A stretch of DNA of 64,000 nt. Source: the human T2T-CHM13v2.0 reference genome, Homo sapiens. Both the position numbers and the translations under genes were made by a program. This document shows positions 16,591-31,754 of this stretch, in pieces (the first letter of the stretch is position 1; the number at the start of each line of letters is the position of its first letter). Where the stretch lies: the NCBI RefSeq assembly GCF_009914755.1, contig NC_060936.1; one strand, 5' to 3'. The notes under the pieces were generated by a model. That model had not been told where the DNA came from. It made no database searches and was given only the letters and a program-made list of their open reading frames with translations.

Positions 16591-17376
16591 TAGTGAAAGC
16601 AAATCAGTCATGACTCCCAGTGAGCCAGGCCACTCACTATTACTATTCTCCTCTGTGTTCAGGGAAAGCAACCCAGTTCTTTCCTTCCTTAGACGACCCT
16701 TTCACCACATTTGTTGCTTTCCTCTGGGTACTGCTCTTCCTCCTGCCCCTCCTAAGGTGCAATATTTGGTCAGGTGTTTGAGACATAACCAGATACATTA
16801 AAAATAAGGCCCAGTTGTGCATAAAGCCAGAGACTATACTGCTAAGCCCAGCCCATCTCTACCCCAGGAAAGGTACTGGGACAAGAGTGAGATGGTCAGT
16901 TTGTCACTCACCAACATGAAAAAGGCAAGGCCAAACATGGTCTTGTCCAAAAGTGTATCAGTGTCACCGTTTTATTTTTTTAATGGGGCTCAAGCTATGA
17001 CATTAAGTAAAAAAGGAACCAGATGTGAAACCATGTAAACAATACAATCTCAACCATGTAATAATTATGTGAATGTATAGAAATAAGACTAAAAAGAAAT
17101 ACTCAAACTCTCTGCATTGATTATTTATAGAATGTAGATTAGGATGATTTTTTAAATCCCTTATCCATATTTTTCCAAGTTTTATCAAGGAAAAGTTGTT
17201 CCTTTTAAAATAAAAGAGAAAACAGTAAAAACTTATTGCTGTTTGTTTTTTTTTAATAGAAGGAACATGACCTGTTTCCTGTAATTCACATCTCTATTTA
17301 TCTCCCCAGTAAGTTATAACTTTCATTTGTGGGAAACTTTATTCCAGGATCACTAAAAAAATTTTTTTTTTACTAA

Positions 17377-17797
<421 letters not shown>

Positions 17798-18680
17798 TAA
17801 ATGCTGGTTTACTTTTGATTCATGTTTATATGTATAATACTAAAAGTATGCTTTGAGAGCTTCAGTCCGTGGGCGTCAAGTTTATTCTCACCAGCTACTA
17901 AAATTCTTAGGCTAGAAATATATAATTATAAAACATTAAATGTAATCTAATTATCATTTTCTTATATTGGATTAACCACAAAGTGGATCCAGAGAGACGG
18001 CTGTTTTAGTACAGTGCAATTTTTTCTTTACTCTAAGCCCAATCCTGTTTTGCTCAACAAATCTTTTCTGAGTACATGGCAGGTATGCCTGGCACTGGAT
18101 TAGGCTCTGGGAATATAACAAAGAATGAGACAAAGCTCCTGCCCTTAAGGAGTAGCAGCAGCAAAGACAGAAGTCTAAGGAAATGATTTCGATCCAGCGC
18201 AAGAACAGCAAAAGCTAACTGCAGCGGGTTATGAAAGCCCAGAAAAGCCACTCAAGTAAAAAAAATTAATAAATAACAAATAAATAAATCCACCTAACCT
18301 ACTTGCTGCTGAGCTTGCCAACTCCTTGGTGACTGGAACTCTTTGTTTTTTATTTTTCACTGGGCTGATCAGGATGGAGTTCAGTGTAACCAGGCTTGAG
18401 TGGTAAGAGACGTCTCAACAGGCCTGATTCTGCTCAGCTGCCCACGCCCTCATCACCCTTTCAAAGGTGAGGAGAGCTGCATCCTCAAGAGACAGGAGCA
18501 ATGACTCACTGAGGCCAGCTGCCCCCTTCAAGGCAGCATCTCTTAATTCAGGACAGTATTCTCTGCTTGCTTGGGAGAACCATCTGCTTGCAAGTTGCCA
18601 AGAAGTTACAAAGTTGGTTTTGGTAGTGGAATGGAGAAGACAGAGAGTGAAGAATAAAATAATGCTAAAGAATTTGGACT

Positions 18681-18736
18681 TTTTTGGGGAAAAAAAAGAC
18701 TTCATTTTTGGGGAAAAAAAAGACTTCATTTTTGGG
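18681..18736. repeat. Perfect 24-bp tandem duplication
   Basis: tttttggggaaaaaaaagacttca twice, plus partial tttttggg. Confidence 0.95.
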
Positions 18737-19137
18737 AAACGTGGAGTGCTGTGAATGGTGGATGGTTTTGTCATAGGCTGAGGAGCCACTGCAGGTGATG
18801 AGCAGAGAGCTGTTGCATAGAACGTAGGCAGAGATGCTGTTCAGGTGGCGTGCCCTGGTTCAGCCGAATAGCAGATCATGGTAAAGTCTGCTCTACCCGG
18901 TTGGTGCTTGTGCCAAGCAATGCCAATTATTAAATGCTTGGACCATCTTCCCTACAGGTATGTGTACCTTAAATAGCTGTGTCAGCAGACAGGTACCTTT
19001 CTCGTTGTTCCCTCGAGCCTGTTTATGTTTAGTCACTGAGTTGTAAATTCTTACCATAATGGAAGAGTTAATGCCATAGGTTTTAGTTCAGGCATGCTTT
19101 AGTTTGGGGCTTAAATGTGACTGTGTGTGTTTGTCTA

Positions 19138-19422
<285 letters not shown>

Positions 19423-20789
19423 GTGACTCAGTTTAGATTTGGAATATTTGATGATATTAGAATAATTCATCATGTAGACCTTCTCTTTTTTAATAATATC
19501 CTGAAGAATTTTGGTAAATTTTACCTGCATCTTGTAAGCAAATCTTCACCTTTCCCATACAATTACATCATTCTCTCTAGTCCTGTGAATTCTTTAAAAA
19601 CCTTAATCTTTTATAATTATATGAAGCTTGCCTTCTTTAAGATGTCTTTTGTTATTGGTTGTAATTAGAGCCCCCTAAATATTTTAAATGCTTCTTTAAT
19701 AAAATGGAAAGTCAGGATTCAAAACCTATTAAAACTCTGCCAGGTTGTCCAGCTGTCCCGGCCACTCTTTTAGCTGAAATCCTAAAAGCTGTCTGAGATC
19801 TGGAAGAGATCTGGAACAACTGGGACCCAAAGTGCCATGGAAATCAGCAGATTGGCCACACTTTACTCTGGTTTCATTCTGTCACAATGACTCTAAACTA
19901 TCTATTTCAGCCCAAGGCCAAAGGCTCTGTTGACTGACCAAAGTTACAAACCACAGTAAAACTTTTTTTGCCAATTGTCCACCGCAAGTTAATAAATGAG
20001 AAAGTTTAGGGCCCCTGGCACAGTGTTCTCTTTTCAGGAGTGAAAATGACTTTTTATTAGCCACCCTAGCCTTGCCTTTTTTTTCTTTTCTCATTCCTTT
20101 CTTGCTGGAACAAAGATTTAGACCACCAGGATTGTAGTACTAATTAAAACATCAATTTGTTACCAATAAGAAACTTAATTAGCAGAAGGAAAAATGTAAT
20201 AGTGGAGATAAATGGAAAGAGTGCCAAGCTTCCGAAAGGTAAAGGTGATAGCTAGTATTCGTAAAGCTGTCTGCTGTTTACCCCTGCTGTTTTACATACT
20301 TAACCTTATTCAATCCTGACAGTGGTTGCTATTCTCCCCTTTACAGGTGAGGAACTGAAATTGAGCACTTGAATGCCTGGAACCACATATCCAACCAATG
20401 GCAGCCATTGTCCTCTCAAAGCCGGTTCACTTGTTCTCAAGACACTTTATGTCGAGCCACAGCTACTTCATGTACTGGGAGCACCACTCCTGAAGAAGCT
20501 GACTCAGCTTCAATGCAAGGAAGAAAGTCTGACTAGTTAGGTGGAACATGGGATCTGTAAAGCATGGTGCTGTGCAAGAGGTGGTGGAATGCATGGGCAA
20601 ATGATCTCTGGAGACTCTAGCAATCATTCCGAAGTCTGTGTTCAAGCAGTAAACAAACAGCACACTCAGTAACCAGTATTCTTGTAAAGATGGAGGATGG
20701 TAATTACATTCTGTGACTAGAATCAATGGGAAGTCGTTAATACTACTGGCCCTGAAAGGGTAAGGGAAGGCAGTTACCAGCAAGAGCTG

Positions 20790-21100
20790 TTGCTGGTGGC
20801 CTGGGGCTAACCTGACAAGTGCTCTGACTTGGGTGGCAGTATTAGGTAGAGAAAAGTAGCTACAGCCAAATGATAGCCTGGTACAGAAGGAGCCAGGGAA
20901 TGAACAAGCTGACCACTCTCTCCTTGCTATCTGATCTTTTGCTGGTGCCTCTCACTGGCTAAGCCCAACCAGAAGTCGGGAGCACAGGAACCCAGGCGAT
21001 GCTATCTGTGGAGGTCAGCTTCCCAGGGCACAAGGTATAGTGGAGATGAGTGAAGAGTGGGTCTGGAGTAGGATGGGCAAATGGAGAATATCTAGAACAG
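20790..21100 (-). mobile_element. ERVL LTR (LTR33-like)
   Basis: gcccaaccagaagtc...gaggtcagcttcccagggcaca...gggcaaatggagaatatctagaaca. Confidence 0.6.
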
Positions 21101-21715
21101 AAGCTTTTTCCAGACTAAGACCATATCATCCTACCCTTGAGGGCTCCATTTCCTGGCAGACTTGCATGCAGCATATAGGACTTCGGGATTCTTCCCTCTT
21201 TTTTGCCCCCTCAGGAACACCCCTTCCTTATCTCAATAATGACTTGAAAATTGCTGGATACTTTGGGGTATTGGATATTAAGGTGCTTATGTAAATTGCT
21301 TATAGTCCTATAGAAGAAAAAAGACATCATGATGATATTGCAGATTTGCACTCAACATCCATTCCACTTTAAGCGTGCTTTTTTATGCTACAAAGCCTGG
21401 AATGCTAAAAAAACAAAAATGAAAGCAAACCAGGGGCCATAACATCTTCCCCTCCTGCTCTTTCTGCTCATAACCATGGCCACAGAGCTCTTGGTTGCAG
21501 GTGATCAGAGGTGGGGTCCAGGGCGTTCACTTTGCTGGTGCAGATTGCAGCAAGGTAATATAATGCTGAGACTGGAACAGTCACCAGATCATAGTGACTT
21601 CCTGATTGTGGTGGACTCCCAATTGTGACAGTGGTGACATGATTTAAGAGCCAGTGGCTTTTTAGATCATGGAGGCAACAGCAGTTCTGTTGGCGACGTG
21701 GCTCTGCTGATGGTG

Positions 21716-22077
21716 TGTCTTAGTCCATTCAGGCTGCTATAACAAACTACCCTAGACTCAGGTGTCTCATAAACGGTATTTCTCACAGATCTGGAGACTG
21801 GGAAGACGAAGATCAACCTACCAGCAGATTCAGTGTCTGATAGAGGTCTGCTTCCTGGTTCAGAGGTAGCCATATTTTCACTGTAACCTCATGTGGTAGA
21901 GGGGGGCAAAGGATCTCTCCAGGGTCTCTTTCATAAGGGCACTAATCCCATTCATGAGGGCTCTGCCCTCAGGACCTAATCACCTTCCAAAGGTCCCATC
22001 TCCAAATACCATTCCATTAGGGATTGGGTTTCAACATATGAATTTTGGGGGCAACACAAACATTCAGTTCATAGCAT
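21716..22077 (-). mobile_element. MaLR LTR (MLT1A-like)
   Basis: tgtcttagtccattcaggctgctataacaaa...aagggcactaatcccattcatgagggctctgccctc...aaacattcagttcatagca. Confidence 0.85.
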
Positions 22078-22475
22078 GGTTCAACCTAGATTCTTACATG
22101 AAGTTCAGGGTTCCAAGAGTAGTCTTCCAGTAAATAAGGAGGAAGCTGCATGATCTTTTATGATCTAGCCCTAGAAATCACATGGCATCACTTCCACCAT
22201 ACTCTCTATGTCCACCTAGATTCAAGGAGTGGGGACTTAGATGCCACTTCTAGATGGGAGGAGTGTCAAAAAATTTGCAGCAATGATTTAGAGCCATCAC
22301 AACTCCCTCCACAGACCCCATGCCCCATCATTCCACTTACCCTGTGGCTCTAGTCAAAGCCTCCACCTGGAATGGTTTAGATACTTGAAGAATCTCACCT
22401 TTAGGTCAAGGGCTAGACACAATACAGGTACTGATGCTCCTAACATTGTGTTTAATAGAGAATTAAGGGCGAAAC

Positions 22476-22560
22476 TTTTTTTTTTTTGAGACGGAGTCTC
22501 GCTCTGTCACCCAGGCTGGAGTGCAGTGGCGCGATCTCCGCTCACTGCAAGCTCCACCTC
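22476..22560 (-). mobile_element. Severely 5'-truncated AluY-like insertion
   Basis: Only the Alu 3' end is present, with Y-type ctgcaagctcc; TSD ttaagggYgaaacttttt. Confidence 0.88.
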
Positions 22561-23149
22561 TTAAGGGTGAAACTTTTTGACTAGCTTCCTAATGTTTTGA
22601 AATTTCCATTACATTGCCAGAAAAGGAATCAAAATATAGTCTTGCCTAGAAAAGGAGAGAAACCTTACTTTTGGTAATCCTTGGACCAGCATATTACCAA
22701 AATAGAAACTTGGACACACAAGATTAAAATGTGGGTCTAGTGATGAGTTGAGAGAATTGTTCCAGGATCAAGGCCAAAACCCAGGTTCTCCAACGAAGGC
22801 ATAAGATCATAGCAAACTGCACATCAAAATTCACTTGATTCTGTGTCATTATCTTCATATCCTCCTGGGTAACTGCATGGTTGGTCTTGGAACCGAGACA
22901 GCTAAGCCTGGTATTGGGTGCTTTGCTTCTGTTCAGGAAAGAATGTGCTGCTCAGCAAGTTATTGATCTTCAATAACACTGACCAACATACATTTGTTGA
23001 GTAGATCCTATGTTTCAGGCATTGTTAGGCTCAGGGCAGATGTAGAGAAACAGATAGTGTTTTTCCCTGAAGGAGCTCAAATCTCATAGAGGAGATAGCA
23101 ATAGATGAGTGAGCAAATAATCACAATACCATGTGATAAAATAGTATAC

Positions 23150-25386
23150 CTGATCACCTCAATAGATGCAGAAGAAACATTTGACAAAATCCAGCATCCT
23201 TTCAGATTAAAACTCTCAGCAAAATCGGCGTACAAGGGACATACCTCAGTATAATAAAAGCCATCTATGACAAACCCACAGCCAACATAACACTGAATGG
23301 GGAAAAGTTGAAAGCATTTCCTCTGAGAACTGGAACAAGGCAAGGATGTCCACTTTCACCACTTCTAATTCAACATAGTGCTGGAAGTCTTAGCCAGAGC
23401 AATTACACAAGAGAAAGAAATAAAAGGCATCTAAATTGGTAAAGAGGAAGTCAAACTGTCACTGTTTGCTGATGCTATGATTGTATATATAAAAAACCCT
23501 AGACTCCTCTAAAAAGCTCCTACAACTGATAAAATAATTCAGCAAATTTTCCAGGTACAAAATTAATGTACACAAATCAGTAGCTCTCCTGTACACCAAC
23601 AGCAACCAAGCTGAGAATCAAATCAAACTCCTTTTACAATAACTGCAAAAAATAAAATACTTAGGAATATACCTAACTGAGGAGGTGAAAGACCTCTGCA
23701 AGGAAAACTACAAAACACTACTGAAAGAAATCATAGATGACACAAACAAATGGAAACACATCCCATACTCACAGATGGGTAGAATCAATATTGTGAAAAT
23801 GACCATACTGCCAAAAGCAATCTACAAATTCAATGCAATTCCCATTAAAATACCACCATCATTCTTCACAGAACTGGAAAAAAAAATTCTAAAATTCATA
23901 TGGAACCAAAAAAGAGCCCACATAGCCAAAGCAAGACTAAGCAAAAGGAACAAATCTGAAGGCATCACATTACCTGATTTCAAACTATACTATAAGGCCA
24001 TAGTCATCAAAAGAGCATGGTCATGATATAAAAATAGGCACATAGACCAATGGAACAGAATAGAGAACCCAGAAATAAACCCAAATACTTATAGCCAACT
24101 GATCTTCAACAAAGCAAACAAAAACATAAAGTGGGGAAAGAACACCCTATTCAACAAATGGTCCTGGGATCATTGGCAAGCCACATGTAGGAGAATGGAA
24201 CTGGATCCTCACCTCTCAGTTTATACAAAAACCAACTCAAGACGGATCAAGGACTTAAATCTAAGACCTGAAACTATAAAAATTCTAGAAGATAACATTG
24301 AAAAAAACCTTCTAGACATTGGCTTAGGCAAGGATTTCATGACCAAGAACCCAAAAGCAAATGCAATAAAAACAAAGATAAATGTCTGGGACTTAATTAA
24401 ACTGAAGAGTTTTTGCATGGCAAAAGGAACAGTCAGCAGAGTAAACAGACAACCCACAGAGTGGGAAAACATCTTCACAATCTATACATCTGACAAAGGA
24501 CTAATATCCGGAATCTACAATGAACTTAAACAAATTAGCAAGAAAAAAACAAACAGTCCCATCAAAAAGTGGGCTAAGGACATGAATAGACAATTCTCAA
24601 AAGAAGATATACAAATGGCCAACAAACACATGAAAAAATGCTCAACATCACTAATGATCAGGGAAACGCAAATCAAAACCACAATGCAGTACCACCTTAC
24701 TCCTGCAAAAAATGGCCTTAATAAAAAAAAATAGATATTGACATGGATGCGATGAACAGGTTACATTTTCTACACTGTGGGTGGGAATGTAAACTAGTAC
24801 AACCACTATGGAAAATAGTGTGAACATTCCTTAAAGAACTAAAAGTAGAACTACCATTTGACCCAGCAATCCCACTACTGTGTATCTACCCAGAGGAAAA
24901 GAAGTCATTATATGAAAAAGATACTTGTGCACACATGTTTATAGCAGCACAACTCACAACTGCAAAATCATGGAACCAATCCAAATGTCCATCAATCAGT
25001 GAGTGATAAAGAAACTGTGGCATATATATACACGATGGAATACTACTCAGCCATAAAAGGGAATGAATTAATGGCATTCACAGCAACCTGGATGGGATTG
25101 GAAACTATTATTTTAAGTGAAATAGTTCAAGAACGGAAAACCAAACATTGTATGTTCTCACTCATAAGTGGGAGCTAAGCTATGAGGATGCAAAGGCATA
25201 AGAATGACACAATAGACTTTGGAGACTCAGTGGGAAAAGGGTGGAAAAGGGTTGAGGAATAAAAGACTGCAAATAGGGTTCAGTGTGTACTGTGCAGGTG
25301 ATGGGTGCACAAAAATCTCACAAATCACCGCCAATAAACTTACTCATGTAACCAAATACCACCTGTTCCCTAAAACCTAGGAAATA
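23150..25386 (+). mobile_element. 5'-truncated L1PB (ORF2 C-terminal part plus 3' UTR), inserted in an L2
   Basis: ORFs 23685-24026 and 24195-24734 are L1 ORF2 peptides broken by stops and frameshifts; PB-type 3' UTR ggatgcaaaggcataagaatga. Confidence 0.93.
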
Positions 25387-25685
<299 letters not shown>

Positions 25686-28199
25686 AAAAAAAAGTTTTTT
25701 AATTAAGTGCTAAGTGTTATAGGTGCACAAAAACGGGAGTGATCTGTTTTAAAGCCTTTGGTAAAAGACGACTTTTGAGCTGAGTTTTGTCAGGTTAAGA
25801 AGATAGCAAGAGCCTCTTGAATAGAGAAAACATCCCGTGAACAATATTGAGGTGCGAGACTATGTTATATACAAAGAACAATGGATAATCCTATGAAATT
25901 GGGGTGTTGATTTTAAGGAGGGTGAGGTGGAAGTGAAAGCTAGAAAATGGATTTGGGTCGGATTTTCAAGGTTTTTATATTTCAGGCTAAGTTTGGGGGT
26001 TTTACTCATAAACAATAGTCGAGGATGCAAAAGAGTAGAAAATGTGGCAAAACATGCGTGCTATACAAGCTGTTTTTCATCAGTGAGGCCAAGAATGTCC
26101 TGCGACTCAGAGCTTTGTCATCTTTGATGTTTTGCAAACCTCTTTTGGAGCCAGACTCCAACTGCAAATTTCAGACTTTCTCTTATGTTTATGACCTTGT
26201 ATTTTTCAAAAGGTTTAAAATTTCACATTGCTGCTATGTTCCATCCAGTGAAGGCAAGGTTACCTGCCAGAAATAATCTGAAAGGCAAACAGTACAGTTT
26301 TACCAGTTTCTCTGTTATGTCATTCATTTCCAAGTAAAGAATAGATCAACAAACAGACAAAATCCTTTTTGTCCCCAGACAGAATTTAAAAGGTTAATTT
26401 TATACATGTTGGTAGATTGTTTTCTCCTACATGTGGTACAAACCACCCGCTAGAGGCAAATTACTTAAATCAGCTCTCGTAACCACACATACATATTTAT
26501 GCAGCCAGCAGTGGGAGGTGTGGAGGGCAGGGGGATTCCAGGTGACTCAGTATGTCTGGCATCTGGGTCAAGAATTTCAACCGATGGCAGAGGGGTTGCC
26601 ACCATAATAGGTGCTGTGTATGAACTGCCACCAAATCACTGCATGTGATTTGTGCCGTGTGAGGTCCTTACAGATCTGTTTTGAGGCTAGGCAACCCTTA
26701 ATGTGAAGCAGCTTTGATTTTTTCCAGCTCATTCAGCATGGACGGCCTGGAGGACTTGCTTTCCTGCTAGCTTCTTAGGTGTCTAACTCCTAGTTAGTTG
26801 TGGTAAGTCTGTCCTGGAGTTTAAATTTTCCCAGTATTGACATAAATCACTGCACATTGGAAAATTTCTAGGTGGCTCAACTATATGCAGCACATGGTGC
26901 CCAACGTGGGGGAACGTTCATTTTTCTCTCCCATTTCTTTTAAGTGAAACTGCCATGAAAAGTAGACATTGAACTGTATTTTAATCAGTATTATTCCTCT
27001 TTCTTGCTGTGGAGATATCCAGTTACCTTGCACTGACAGATCTTTGTCTTAGGAAGATCCATCTGCTTAGCCCCTTTTAGCAAAGGGCCCAGATGTTGCT
27101 GCAAATAAATTGCAAACTGGCACAAAAGCCAAGGAGATTCAAAGGAGAAGGTTAGGAATGCCAAGCCCCTTCCTTCTTTGAGATGTTAATAAAACATCTA
27201 TACTGGATTAAACTGGCCACAGTACAAGGCCACGAGGCAGACAGCACTATGACCCCATGGAGAAGCTCACCTCTGGAGAGAACAATGTGGCACAAGATTT
27301 CAGTTTCTTCCCATGGCCTGGGTAGTCATGGCAGATGGTTCGACACGGGCTGATGTGGGAGACCCTCCTCTCTGACCCTCCTAGACACTCCACCACTGTG
27401 CGTGGCCTTGAGGAAATGACCAAGAGTGAGTTTAAACCATATAGTTCTCTTTCTCAAAAACTTTTAGTTTTTGACTTAACATCTTAAATATAAACATCCC
27501 AACTGGATATTCAAGGCCCCAAAATCTGACCCTGAAGTTCTTTTCCCAGGTTGTTTTTCCAAATGACCCCTACAAGGTTGCTCTGGTCGGTCGACTTGAA
27601 TAGCCTGATATGCTCCTTTCTCACCTCCTTGCCTTTGCTCGGTTGGGAACATTCTCCCTCTTTCTACGTATCAACACCCCGCTCACCCTCTGAGACCCAG
27701 CTCATATGTAACTTCCTCCAAAACTCCTCTCCTAAATCCCTCCCACCAAGATTTCCTTCTCTGGTTTACTTTTCTCTTGCACGTTTCCACTGCTCTTCAT
27801 GCACTTATGTACTGGAGCCTCATCTGTTTTTAGCCTGTACACTGAAAGACACCATTGTAGGTACTGTGAGTTGCAGCCCAGAAACACAGGAGATCTGTAA
27901 ACGGTTACTGAATTGCAACAAATTGTGTTGTCAAAGGTCACACAGCTGGTTAGCGATAGCAACAGAGGTAGCAATCACCTTTCCTGACACCTAATCTGAT
28001 AGTGTCAGTAAAATAAACTGGAATCCTCTTTTCTTCTAAAACTTACATGTATCGCTTAAAAAGTATGACATGTATGGTATATATCATAAAAAATCTTTTA
28101 ATATGTCTTTATCACTTCTTTCTGGCTATAAGTAACCCTCCCAGTTGTCAATGAGAAGCGTGTTTACCAGGCAGAGAGAGCATGCAGCATGCTGGTGGG

Positions 28200-28691
28200 T
28201 GCAGCAACGCTGTGTTCTGCCCAGATCTCCTTGGATCCCCTGTAGGAGTCTGTGCTCCTGTTGGACTTCTGTGTGCCTGTACTTCTAAATGGCCTGCAAC
28301 GGCAACTCACCTTGAGCCCTGCCCTAGGGTACCAGAGCCATTTTTCCCACACACAGAAAACTGTCTGCATACCTAGGAATGTATGTTTCCTTGGGGTGGC
28401 CCTTAGTCAATGAGTGATTGGTGTGGATGTATGAAAGACCAACTGCCTGGCCTCCAGTTGGGACAAGCTCTAAGGCATAATTCATTCTCCTGAGCTGCTC
28501 TCCTGCAGGAGCAGGCGGGAGCTGGGACTTTGCCTGATATCGTGCCTTCGCTCAGATCCTTCTCATCCCTGTCCTGCTTCTCAAACTCCCCCCTGCCCCA
28601 CCCCGGCCTCCTCACAGGCCACTTTCTCTATACATCCCTTGCCCATGAATCCACATCTCAAGGTCTGCTTTGGAAGAACTTAAACTAAGGC
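28200..28691 (+). mobile_element. ERVL LTR (LTR16-like)
   Basis: gggacaagctctaaggcataattc...catgaatccacatctcaaggtctgctttggaagaacttaaactaagg. Confidence 0.65.
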
Positions 28692-29229
28692 TGTGTTGTA
28701 TGGAAGACAATGGAAGATGGAGCAAGACTTAATCATTGCTCACAAAGACCAAAATCAAATGGAAAGTCCCCTCTATGGACAGTTGACGTTCCTAAGTGGC
28801 TCTTTTTGGCTCACAATCAGAAGCATCCAGAGTTCAAAATGCACAGTCCAGATGATGACACACATGAGGACTGAGGCTTTGTAAGTCTCACATTAACACA
28901 ATATTACATTTGGCCACATCCCCTGGCCTTTTGACTGTTTACATCCTCAGAATTGAGGGGTGTTTGAGAAGGCCTGCCACCAGGAAGAGTGCCGGTCACT
29001 GGATTATTGAGTGACATTGGACTCTGCCTACTTTCCCAAAGTGAAAAAGTCTGTTACTGCAGCAAAGGCAGTGCTGAGGAGCGAAATGTATGTGGATGAC
29101 ATTGAATATAATTGACCATCATTTCCTATTTGCCGTCTTCCTATGTCCACAGGCTGGAATACCAATATTGCCCAATCAAAGGGCAACTTCTCTGAAAGAA
29201 ATAGAGAAAAGAGTAGGATGCAGCTCTAT

Positions 29230-29415
29230 TCCTGGGTGCTCCCTCTCACGTGGTCCTGAGGCACTTAGCACTTTCATAATCACTGTTGTAAGAACCTGCT
29301 TCCTTTTCTTAGACTGTGAGATCTCTGAGGACAAAAACCCATCTTGCACGTGACTGTGTTTCCAGAGCCTGGCACAATGCCTGGCACTAAGTAGGTGCTC
29401 AATAAATATGTTCTG
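29230..29415 (+). mobile_element. L2 3' end
   Basis: gactgtgagatctctgagg...tgcctggcactaagtaggtgctcaataaatatgtt. Confidence 0.8.
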
Positions 29416-31134
29416 ACTCTACATGGGAGCCCTTTGAACATGAGGCTGGGTCCCTGGAGTCTGATCACATTAGGTTTACCTTCTTAGAACGGATATAGAT
29501 TAAAGGATTCTGGAGTTGAGGCTGTCCCTGCTATGGGCCACAGTCGTCACATACCAGAGAAATGGCTGCTCCAGTTGCCTCTTGAACCATTTCCAATGTT
29601 TCTGCCTGCTAAGTTTTAGTAAGAAGTGCTCCTCCTGGAGACCCTGAAGGAGGCACAGTTTCCTCAGACCTAGGAAATCTTGGAGGAAGGCTCATTAGAG
29701 TTCCCTAGCTTAAAAAAGAAACAAATTTGACATGGTCTGAATTCATTGTTCTGGAAATTACAAGACTTATTTTAATAGAAGCAAGTCCCTGGTCCAGGAG
29801 AATGGAGACCAGACTCTGGAAGGGAAGAGAGTTCTGGAAGGTTGTCTCTGCCTTGGATTCATCTTTGCAGTCTTACCACCTGAACATTAGTTGTAGTGAA
29901 TGTCACTTGTGTTGGGTGCCTCTGAGAGCCAGATTGTTCTTCCTCCGAATGCCCTGTGATTGAGCCACTGGACTGTGAGGTCCACCAGTAGGACCTGTTT
30001 CTTTCTCCAGTACCCAAGGAAGAGTTACAGAATCCTGATGGGGGCCATCAATAAAATCACAATTTTCCATCAGGATCAAATACTTGGGAAGTGATGCCAA
30101 GGGCAAAATAAGAAAACTAGAGCTGAATGTTTTTATTTATTTTTCAAGCTAAATATCTGTGAGAGGTTTGTAAAAACATTTACTATTTTTAATATTCTCA
30201 TACCTTAAAAGTTGAAGCCATCTTTGGCTGCCACAGGGTAATTAGAAGCAGTCTGCTTCCTCCCTGTCCAGTTTCCCAGACGTTGGGAGAGTGGAATGTT
30301 GGCTGAAGAAGGGAAGATTGTGCAATGCTTTTTATTTTTTATTTATTGCTAAAGAATTGATACATTGTTTAATAAGTTCTTTAAGAAAATTCTATTCTCT
30401 GATTTACCTTCCAAATGGCTTGAGTGGTGATGGAAGATTTAAGTCATTTTGTGTTTTTTAGCATTGCAGTCCATATCAAATTCCATACCTTCCTTAGTAT
30501 ACTTATTATTTGCCCAGTAACATATAGAGTAAGATCCATATTCCCAAGTCAAATTCTGAAGAAAGGTCTACTTTTAGATTTATTTTTAGTTTTTTAGTTT
30601 GTTTATACTTGACACCAAAACCACAAAATATTTGTATGAGCCAACGCTCAAAAGAGTGCTTCCATAAGCTTGTTACTAGAAGTTGCTTTTGGTCCTAAAT
30701 TGCCAAGGAGGCAAGACTCCAAACATAGGTTTCCTGTTGGGGTCCTTGGGCAATATTACTTTCTGCCAAATGCCCTTTTTGGGGATTAACTTTTTTTAAA
30801 GCAACAAGTTAGAAAATAGTGAGTGTATTTTAAAACAGCTGCAAATATATGAGTTAACAGAGTTAGAAATGAGGTTGTCAGTTACCACAATTCATCAGTT
30901 CTTCATCCAATAAATATTTATTAAGTATCTATCATCTTCCAGGAACTACATGTTGGTTTAAGCCAAATTTAACTTTAAGATAAATTGAAGTTTACTATTG
31001 CCTTCCAAATAGTAAATGTTACAGAAACAGGAACAAACACTAGGTTTTAAGATAATCACAATAATTTTATTCCAATAGTTTTCAAGGTGACTGGTTCTGT
31101 TAAGGGGAAAAAAAAACCTTTTGATAAAGAAGTA

Positions 31135-31435
<301 letters not shown>

Positions 31436-31754
31436 TCAAGGCTATCATTTTAATATCTACATTCCTAAGCTTTTCTCCTCAATAATCATTTGAAGTAGAC
31501 AAAAGACGAAAATAAGAAAGTAAGAAGATCTGATAACTCCATAGGAAATTTTACCCAACAGAATACTTTCTGACAGCAAATTAAAATTCTAAAGCCATAG
31601 AGCATCTACATAATGGTGGCCATCTTAGGACGGTGAGTATCAGTATCAATCACTTTATATTGTTGGAAACATGCACATCATACATTCAGGCATTTAATTT
31701 TTTGATAAAGACTTAATGTCTACAAAAATGCACATTAATTCATTTTAAAAATGA

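Noticed and set aside
16072-16593. 173-aa ORF
   Set aside because: Lies across an LTR33-like element; no recognisable domain or exon structure
18830-18953. CpG-containing stretch considered as a small RNA or pre-miRNA
   Set aside because: No clear stem-loop or known RNA match; it more resembles a decayed hAT-type MITE, family not confidently assigned
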